Part shown: piece by piece, positions 1 to 6,202 of the stretch
How positions within the stretch are numbered: the first letter of the stretch is position 1
How the letters are laid out: the number at the start of each line of letters is the position of its first letter
NCBI GenBank assembly: GCA_047971915.1
Contig: JBKEAD010000240.1
Span: 1,133-65,132, forward strand
Direction: 5' to 3'
Length of the DNA stretch: 64,000 nt
DNA from: Chthoniobacterales bacterium
Lineage (GTDB): Bacteria; Verrucomicrobiota; Verrucomicrobiia; Chthoniobacterales; JBKEAD01
Notes under the pieces: generated by a model
The model's database searches: none
Told to the model about the DNA's origin: nothing
What the model saw: the letters and a program-made list of their open reading frames with translations, nothing else
Made by a program: the position numbers and the translations under genes

Positions 1-1080
1 GAGGTTGGAGTGATGCTCGATGATGAGGTCTTTTCCTAAGGGAGAGAGGAGCTCGCGGAAGACGGCGGCGTTTTGTTCAATGATGGAGGTAAAGGGGATG
101 ATATAGATGATGCGGCGTTTGCCGTGGGTGAGGGCGTGGCGAAGAGCAAAGTTGAGCGACGAGAGGGTCTTGCCTCCTCCAGTAGGGACGGTGAGGGTGA
201 AAATGCCGGGTTTTTCAGAAGCGGCTGCTGTGCAGTCAAGCACGACTTGCGCACGGGCTTGAGCGACCGGATCGGTAGCAGCGGGGTGGCCGAAGGAGGT
301 GATTTTTTCTTCTAAAAGGCGGAGGGCTTTCGAGAAAATTTGAGAATCTGTTTCGGGACGAAGCTTCGCTTGAGCAGGATTCATAAAGGATTCCGTCGCG
401 AGAAAGTCTGCATCAACCAAGCAGGAAAATAGCATGCGTTGAAAGAAGGAAAGAGCGAAATCTCGATCCTTCTGTTCCGAGATACTTTTGAGAAAATCCG
501 GAATTGTAGGAACCGGAAAATTCAGAATTTCTGGAGAAGCGGCGGAGTAGTCTGAGAGTTCTTTGGCGAGGCGTTTTTCGAGGCTGGCCCGGGATTCGTG
601 GCGAGCATCGAGGAGGCCGGAGTGGTGTCCGGCAATCGCAGTGGCGATGAGGTGCCCGAGAGGGGAGCGGGAGGTGGCGTGTTGAGCACCTGCGGTGGCG
701 TGATCGGTTTTTTCGGCGACTTCATCTGAGTGGGGATCGGATGCGGTTTTGAGGTAGTTTTGGTATTTTAAAGAGAATTTGCCGAGGTCGTGCCAGAGTC
801 CAGCGAGATAGCCCCATTGGCGGGTGGTTTCACGATTTAATCCTTCGGGAAACATATTGGCGGCGAACTTGGCTGTCCACCATGCGACCTTGTTTAGGTG
901 GCCGTGCGAGGGGTTTAGGTTTTTGCAATGGGGGCAGGGTGTGTTGTTTTTTCCCGAGCAGGCGGTGCTGGGATCATTGGGAGATGTTTGTCCAAAAGGG
1001 GTGAAGAGTGGCTCCCATGTACTCTGGTCGGAATCGGGAGTTCCGTCAGGACGTTTACTGGTGTGAGCGTAGGCAGACAT
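1..1080 (-). CDS. cas3: CRISPR-associated nuclease/helicase Cas3, N-terminal part (gene continues left of the window)
   Basis: Absent from the ORF track because it has no stop in the window. Manual minus-strand translation from the ATG at 1080-1078 gives MSAYAHTSKRPDG... and stays open for 360 codons to position 1. HD-nuclease motifs are present (GHLNKVAWW, LWHDLGKF, IAGHHSGL, SCLVDADFLATE), followed by the helicase Walker A FTLTVPTGGGKT. Confidence 0.85.
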   Translation of the reverse strand, partial: MSAYAHTSKRPDGTPDSDQSTWEPLFTPFGQTSPNDPSTACSGKNNTPCPHCKNLNPSHGHLNKVAWWTAKFAANMFPEGLNRETTRQWGYLAGLWHDLGKFSLKYQNYLKTASDPHSDEVAEKTDHATAGAQHATSRSPLGHLIATAIAGHHSGLLDARHESRASLEKRLAKELSDYSAASPEILNFPVPTIPDFLKSISEQKDRDFALSFFQRMLFSCLVDADFLATESFMNPAQAKLRPETDSQIFSKALRLLEEKITSFGHPAATDPVAQARAQVVLDCTAAASEKPGIFTLTVPTGGGKTLSSLNFALRHALTHGKRRIIYIIPFTSIIEQNAAVFRELLSPLGKDLIIEHHSNL

Positions 1081-1203
1081 TGGAGGGTGGCTTCTTTGGT
1101 GGTTTTGGTGATGGGTTTGCGAGCGTGCTGACCTTTCGGAATGGCGATGGTGTAGCACTGGAGCTTGCGGATCAGGCTGCGGATTCCGTAGGATATGATA
1201 TAA

Positions 1204-1590
1204 TTAAGGGTTGGTTTTTGGGAAATATTTGACGTGGGGAAGATTTTTGAAATCGCTATCCTGAGTCCATAAAGTGGTTTTATGAGTTAGGGCTGTGGCG
1301 TAGATGAGAGAGTCGGCCATTGCTAGCTTGTGACGTGTTCCCAGTGTGGCAGCGAGTATTGCGATCTCTTCTGAAACCGGTATGAGATTGTATTGCTGGA
1401 GGAATGTGAGAATTTTTTCAGTAGCCTCTTCTCCGGCGACACGGTTGGTGTATCTCGTGATTTCATAGATACTAATGGTTGAAATAAACACCGAAGCGGC
1501 AGTAGATGCCGCTTTTGCGAATTTTTGGGCATTTGCTCCGGAATGGGTGATCTCAATCCAAGCGGAGGTGTCCATACAAATTGAGTTCAT
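1204..1590 (-). CDS. vapC: PIN-domain ribonuclease toxin VapC
   Basis: 128 aa. The four conserved acidic positions of PIN domains are present in order (CMDTSAW, SIYEI, MADSLIYA, TQDSDF). It overlaps the upstream antitoxin ORF by 4 nt. Confidence 0.85.
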   Translation of the reverse strand: MNSICMDTSAWIEITHSGANAQKFAKAASTAASVFISTISIYEITRYTNRVAGEEATEKILTFLQQYNLIPVSEEIAILAATLGTRHKLAMADSLIYATALTHKTTLWTQDSDFKNLPHVKYFPKTNP

Positions 1591-1805
1591 GAGAGTTTGC
1601 GGTCGGATTTTTCACGCTCAAATGGGTGATGTGCTTTGTCTTTTAGAAGGCCGATAAGTTGATCGGGAGTAAGAATCGGACGGATTTCGATCTTTCCGTC
1701 TTTTTCAATGACTTGCATTCGCTGACTAGGCTGGAGGTTTAATGATTTACGAATCGCTTTTGGTATAACGATTTGGAATTTAGGTGATAAAACTGAAGTT
1801 GTCAT
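1587..1805 (-). CDS. vapB: AbrB/SpoVT-type antitoxin (VapB/MazE-like)
   Basis: 72 aa with an N-terminal swapped-hairpin motif (KFQIVIPKAIRKSLNL). It overlaps the vapC start, which is the classic type II TA arrangement. Confidence 0.75.
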   Translation of the reverse strand: MTTSVLSPKFQIVIPKAIRKSLNLQPSQRMQVIEKDGKIEIRPILTPDQLIGLLKDKAHHPFEREKSDRKLS

Positions 1806-1850
1806 ACAAAGCTATCTATCGTCTTATAATTTAATTTTGCAACCTAAGAT

Positions 1851-1946
1851 TTAGATTTGATGGAGATCTGCTTTGGAAGCGAGGTGGGTTTGCCATTTTG
1901 GAGCGAATTTGGTGAGATCGTGCCAGAGTCGGGAGAGGTGCCCTTT
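1851..1946 (-). pseudogene. Relic of a cas3 HD-domain coding segment
   Basis: The minus strand reads ..FKGHLSRLWHDLTKFAPKWQTHLASKADLHQI*. The intact cas3 reads ..GYLAGLWHDLGKFSLKYQNYLKTASDPHSDE (nt ~735-810). The core 27 nt (1905-1931 vs 774-800) are 23/27 identical by eye. There is no start codon, and the upstream space is occupied by the HIRAN gene. Confidence 0.55.
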
Positions 1947-1959
1947 AAATAGTGAAACT

Positions 1960-2400
1960 TTACTTTATCCAGAGGCTTAGTTTTAGGGGGGGGCAACTGT
2001 AGGATTCGGGGGTGATTTTTTCGATTTTGGCGTAGATGGGGTTGCCTAGGGTGAGGTGGGCGAAGGCTTTGTCGTTGCTTTCTCGGGGGAGGTAGCCGAT
2101 GTGGTTTTTTTTGTGAAAGACTTTTACGGCTCGGGGGTCGTGGGGGTTGTCGGGGGCGGCGGCGAGGGTGAGTTGGTCGCCTAGGCAGAATTTGTCGAGG
2201 CTTTCGATGGGTTGATAGTATCGGAAGCCTCGGATTCGGCAGGTTTGGAAGGGCACTGTCGGAGCGGGGGTGGGCGTTTTTTTTAAAAGGCTGGAGAGTT
2301 TTGGGAGAGCTTGGAGGCTGGTTGTTCCGAGCGTTAATAGCAGAATGCTTTGGCCGAGGAAGTGGCGGCGTGTTGTGTGGGGAGGTTTGCTGGTATTCAT
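1960..2400 (-). CDS. HIRAN-domain protein with twin-arginine (Tat) signal peptide
   Basis: 146 aa. The N-terminus TTRRHFLGQSILLLTLGTTSLQALP fits a Tat motif plus h-region. The rest matches the HIRAN pattern (RGFRYY...GDQLTLAAAPDNPHDPRAVKVF...HIGYLPRE). Confidence 0.75.
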   Translation of the reverse strand: MNTSKPPHTTRRHFLGQSILLLTLGTTSLQALPKLSSLLKKTPTPAPTVPFQTCRIRGFRYYQPIESLDKFCLGDQLTLAAAPDNPHDPRAVKVFHKKNHIGYLPRESNDKAFAHLTLGNPIYAKIEKITPESYSCPPLKLSLWIK

Positions 2401-2548
2401 AGTGGAGATGCTAGCATGGGGGGTGGGACATTTATAGGGCTACCCCTGATATTTTCCGGAGCTTGTCAAATAATATGTTGGCAGGGTTTGCGGAATGCCT
2501 TAGTATTTGCTTAGATGCTTGTTATGCTTGCTGAGTAAACCTTTTAGT

Positions 2549-3949
2549 ATGAAAACGAACCGGAAAGAAAATTCTGTTAAGGAAACTACCCCCGGGTTTC
2601 AACTTCACAATACGCCAATAATTAGTTCTGATGAGGATTTGCCTTATCGGAGGCCGCTTGGTGCGGATTTGCCGAAGGGGTTTTATGGGACTGGGAATTT
2701 ATTTTTAACGGCTTTGGCACCGCGTCGTCTTTTTTCGTATTGGGATATTGATATTCGGAGGCATCCGGGTGGGCCTACCTACTTACGGGTTTTTCAAAAT
2801 GATACTTATGAGCGTGATATTGAGGTGGCTTTTGAGGGGGGAAATTATTATTTTGATGTGGCGAATTCGGCTACGAATTATCGGGTGGAGATCGGAGTTT
2901 TACGGGGTGAGGAGTGGATTTCTTTGGGGCAGTCCACGTCGGTTTTTACGCCTGCGGAGAGTTTATCGACCGAGACGGATTTTGCGGTTGCTCGGGTGGG
3001 TATCGATGAGGATTTGAGTCGTGGAGATTATAGGTTGGCCGTGTTGCCTGTTTCGGTTTTGCAGGTGCTTTCGCCGGAGGCGGCTTCGTTGATTTCTTCG
3101 CGTGCGAGCCAGGCGGATGCTTCTCTTTTTAGTATGCTTGAGGAGGCCTTGGGAAGTGGATGGTTTGCGAGCTGGGCGTCGGCGTCGGCTCTTTCGGGCG
3201 AGGCTTTGAGTTCTTGGAATAAAAAATTGGCGTTGCAGCTTGAGAGTTTTCTTTCGAGTGAGTCGGGAGCTTCGTGGTTGCTTCGTTTTGAGGCGTTGCT
3301 TGCGGAGTCGAGCTTTCTTGGGTCGAGTGCTTTGGGGGTGAAAACGTCGGCGAGTAATTTGTCGAGCGGTGGGTTATCAAGCGGTGGGTTATCAAGCGGA
3401 GGGGTATTGAGCGGAGGATTGTCGAGTGAAGGGTTTATACGGGGTGGGGAGTCGAGTGAGGAGTTTTCGCTTTCTTCGGGAATTTTTGCTTTGAGTAGTT
3501 GGCTTTCGGGGATCGTGCAGACTTTCTCGTCGGCTGGGCTGAGTAGTTGGCAACGTGCGGAACAGTTGAGTTCTTTTTCATTTGGTGAGTCTGTTTCTAG
3601 TGGGAGTCTTTCGTCGGCTTGGTCTGGTAGTCATCTTGCAAGTTGGGCATCGGGTGAGGGGAGTAGTCTGAGTAGTCCGGCGGGTGGAGGATCCTCGCAC
3701 ATGTTTTCGGGTGTCGGCCTTTCTTCTTTTGGAAATATTTATTCGGCGAGGAAAGCTTCTTTTGCGGGGCGTGCGGCGAGTTTGGAGGAGGATGGCACCT
3801 TACATTTTTTTGATGTTTTGCCGGATGAGGAATTTGAGATTCCGGTTGTGGCGACGTCTTCTGATTTTGAGACACGGTATGCGACTTTAAAATTTAAAGC
3901 GCGGGGAGCGCGGGGGAAAATTTTACAAGCGGAGGGAACGAGGGCTTAG
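2549..3949 (+). CDS. DUF4912-domain protein with long Ser/Gly/Leu-rich low-complexity region
   Basis: The DUF4912-like N-terminal region reads LFLTALAPRRLFSYWDIDI...NYRVEIGVLRGEEWISLGQSTSVFTP. The start is set at the first ATG (MKTNRK), whereas the track ORF starts at an upstream TTG (2507). About 250 aa of S/L/G/A-rich sequence follow. Confidence 0.6.
   Translation: MKTNRKENSVKETTPGFQLHNTPIISSDEDLPYRRPLGADLPKGFYGTGNLFLTALAPRRLFSYWDIDIRRHPGGPTYLRVFQNDTYERDIEVAFEGGNYYFDVANSATNYRVEIGVLRGEEWISLGQSTSVFTPAESLSTETDFAVARVGIDEDLSRGDYRLAVLPVSVLQVLSPEAASLISSRASQADASLFSMLEEALGSGWFASWASASALSGEALSSWNKKLALQLESFLSSESGASWLLRFEALLAESSFLGSSALGVKTSASNLSSGGLSSGGLSSGGVLSGGLSSEGFIRGGESSEEFSLSSGIFALSSWLSGIVQTFSSAGLSSWQRAEQLSSFSFGESVSSGSLSSAWSGSHLASWASGEGSSLSSPAGGGSSHMFSGVGLSSFGNIYSARKASFAGRAASLEEDGTLHFFDVLPDEEFEIPVVATSSDFETRYATLKFKARGARGKILQAEGTRA
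3359..3433 (+). repeat. Five tandem copies of a 15-nt unit (ttrtcragyggwggg) encoding (L/V)(S/L)SGG
   Basis: Read directly from the sequence: ttgtcgagcggtggg / ttatcaagcggtggg / ttatcaagcggaggg / gtattgagcggagga / ttgtcgagtgaaggg. The repeat is in frame inside the DUF4912 gene. Confidence 0.9.
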
Positions 3950-3985
3950 CTCGAAAAATTTTTTGGGCTTTGTTTTGTTGTAAAA

Positions 3986-4933
3986 ATGTCATCTCAGCCG
4001 AAGCGGAAGGCGGGTCGTAGAACGAGTGTTCGGACGATTGCCCAAGCGGATGATGATAGGTTTGTCCGGGAGTTTCTTTTGCATTTGGAGGGGGAGATGA
4101 ATGCGTCTCCGCATACGGTGCGAAATTATGCTATGGCGTTGCGGCGTTTTCGTGCTTTTGAATCGAGCACTCCGTGGAAAAGTATCTCGGCGCGGACTTT
4201 TAAAAATTATCTTTTTGAATTGAGTAAGGAGGGGCGGAAGAAGACGGGTTTGCGGCTTGAGTTTAGTGCGTTGCGGTCTTTTTACCGATTTTTGGTGATG
4301 CGGGGATATGTTTCTAAGAATACGATTGCGGAGGTGCAGCTTCCTAAGCCGGAGAAAAAATTGCCTATTTTTTTAACGATGGGGCAGGTGGAGAGTTTGC
4401 TTTCGGCACCGCTTCGTGCACCGGAGACACGGCAGTCTCCGGCTTGGATGCGGAGTCGCGATGTGGCTATTTTGGAGCTTTTTTATGGTGCGGGGCTGCG
4501 AATTTCGGAGCTTGCGACGTTGAATGTGGAGCAGACGGATTTTGTTTCAGAGACGGTGCGAGTTTTGGGTAAGGGGTCGAAGGAGCGTTTGTGTCCAATT
4601 GGTGAGGAGGCGGCGACGGCGATTCAGAAATACCGTGTTGAGGCGAAGGTGCAGAGTGGGCCTTTATTCATTAATAAACTGCGTCGTCGTATGTCATCGC
4701 GTTCTATTTGGTTGCTGGTGAAAAAATATGTGCAGTTGGAAAAGCTGCCTATCGAAATCAGTCCCCATAAGCTTCGCCACACCTTTGCAACGCATTTGTT
4801 GGATGGTGGAGCGGATTTGCGCAGTGTTCAGACTTTGCTTGGTCACGCGAGTCTTTCGACGACGCAAATTTATACGCATGTAACGCTTGAGCGTCTTCGC
4901 AAAGCTTACGATGCGGCGCATCCTAGGGCTTGA
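3986..4933 (+). CDS. xerC: Tyrosine recombinase, XerC/XerD family
   Basis: 315 aa. It has an N-terminal SAM-like domain and the catalytic C-terminus HKLRHTFATHLLDGGADLRSVQTLLGHASLSTTQIYTHV. Confidence 0.85.
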   Translation: MSSQPKRKAGRRTSVRTIAQADDDRFVREFLLHLEGEMNASPHTVRNYAMALRRFRAFESSTPWKSISARTFKNYLFELSKEGRKKTGLRLEFSALRSFYRFLVMRGYVSKNTIAEVQLPKPEKKLPIFLTMGQVESLLSAPLRAPETRQSPAWMRSRDVAILELFYGAGLRISELATLNVEQTDFVSETVRVLGKGSKERLCPIGEEAATAIQKYRVEAKVQSGPLFINKLRRRMSSRSIWLLVKKYVQLEKLPIEISPHKLRHTFATHLLDGGADLRSVQTLLGHASLSTTQIYTHVTLERLRKAYDAAHPRA

Positions 4934-5018
4934 GGTGTTTTAAAAACAGTATTTTTGTTTTTGATAAAGGGGCGGAAAAAGTTAGAAAGCTCGGATTGAC
5001 TTACTCCATTCACAATCT

Positions 5019-5642
5019 ATGTCGAAGCAAGAAACGAGAGAGCATTGGATAAAATGTCCGGGCTGTGGTGCCGCTTGTCGCGATTTGCCGCTGGAGCCGG
5101 GAATGGCACTGTGCTGTCGTCGCTGTCATAGCGAGATCCATCGTTATAGCAAGGGGGATGGGCTACAGGCTTCGCTGGCTCTTTCGATTACGGGATTAGT
5201 GCTTTGTTTTTTGGCAAATATGTATCCGATCATGACTTTCGATGTCATGGGGAATACGCAATCCAATCTCATCATTACCGGAATCAAAGGGCTGCGTTTG
5301 CAGGACTTTACGTCTATTGCGCTGCTTGTTTTCTTTTCGGCAATTTTGGCACCGACCCTTCATTTTTTGGGGACGGCTTATTTGTGTGTGGCTTGTTTGT
5401 TTCGTATTTCGCTTCCGGCTTTGTCTAAAGTAGCCCGCATCACGGAATTGATGCAGGACTGGAATCTCATGCCGATTTTTTTTGTGGCCTGTGTCATTTC
5501 GGCATTGCGCTTGGATATGCTTGGTCTGGTGAATTGGAACCTTGGTGCTTTTTTCATTGTTGCTCTGGCACTTTGCTCTATTTCGCTTGTTCATTTTCAG
5601 CGGCCTAATGTTGTCACCCGTATTTTGGAGGAGTTAAAATGA
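5019..5642 (+). CDS. PqiA/LetA-family membrane protein, first half-unit (with N-terminal Cys4 ribbon)
   Basis: 207 aa with CPGCGAAC...CCRRCHSEI followed by 4 predicted TM segments. ATGA overlap with the next gene. Confidence 0.75.
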   Translation: MSKQETREHWIKCPGCGAACRDLPLEPGMALCCRRCHSEIHRYSKGDGLQASLALSITGLVLCFLANMYPIMTFDVMGNTQSNLIITGIKGLRLQDFTSIALLVFFSAILAPTLHFLGTAYLCVACLFRISLPALSKVARITELMQDWNLMPIFFVACVISALRLDMLGLVNWNLGAFFIVALALCSISLVHFQRPNVVTRILEELK

Positions 5643-6202
5643 GCCCTACGGAGTTTGGTGCTGGAGAAATCTCTGTCGATGCGGCTGCCTTGCAGAAGGA
5701 AAAAATGCGGCTGGATGTGCAGCGGATTACGGCACTCATTGTTGCGGGTGGCATTATGTATCTTCCGGCAAATGTTTTTCCGGTGATGTTGATCACGGTT
5801 ACCGGGAAGGTTGATTCGCTGACGGTTTTTGGAGGTGTGGAGGAGTTTTATGGAGTTGGCCTTTGGCCGGCGGCGATTGTTATTTTTTTTGCGAGTATCG
5901 TTGTTCCGTTTTTAAAATTGGCTGCAATGGGCTGGATTTTGCTTTTGCATGGGAGTGAGCGTCACCGCCTTGCAAGGACGCGTCTTTTGCGTGCGCTAAA
6001 GGCTGTTGGCACGTGGTCGATGATCGATATTTTTTTATTATCCGTTCTTACGGCGGTTGGGCAGTTGGGGATTCTTGCTAGCGTGGAGGCTAAAATGGGA
6101 GCCCTTTTTTTTGCGGCGGTTTTTCTTTGTTCCATTGTTGCGACAGATCTTTATAAAGCGGAATACATTTGGATTTCTGAACCTGACGAAAAACAAGCAT
6201 GA
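5639..6202 (+). CDS. PqiA/LetA-family membrane protein, second half-unit
   Basis: 187 aa with a multi-TM PqiA-like pattern (YLPANVFPVM...WSMIDIFLLSVL). ATGA overlaps on both sides. Confidence 0.75.
   Translation: MSPTEFGAGEISVDAAALQKEKMRLDVQRITALIVAGGIMYLPANVFPVMLITVTGKVDSLTVFGGVEEFYGVGLWPAAIVIFFASIVVPFLKLAAMGWILLLHGSERHRLARTRLLRALKAVGTWSMIDIFLLSVLTAVGQLGILASVEAKMGALFFAAVFLCSIVATDLYKAEYIWISEPDEKQA

Noticed and set aside
3359-3433. Regular 15-nt repeats, considered as a possible mini CRISPR-like array near cas3.
   Set aside because: The units are directly adjacent with no spacers, are far too short, and are in frame within the DUF4912 gene. This is a coding tandem repeat.
3986-4933. XerC-like recombinase plus tRNA-Phe (58839-58911), considered as the boundaries of an integrated element.
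   Set aside because: They are 54 kb apart with housekeeping genes (lpt, murI, cysS, mrp, ribE) between them. I found no repeat of the tRNA 3' end, and the recombinase looks like the chromosomal dimer-resolution type.
5639-5642. The junction of the two PqiA ORFs, considered as a frameshifted pseudogene.
   Set aside because: The ATGA start/stop overlap is clean. Each half is a complete PqiA-type unit with its own start, and two-gene PqiA arrangements are plausible. I saw no evidence of disruption.
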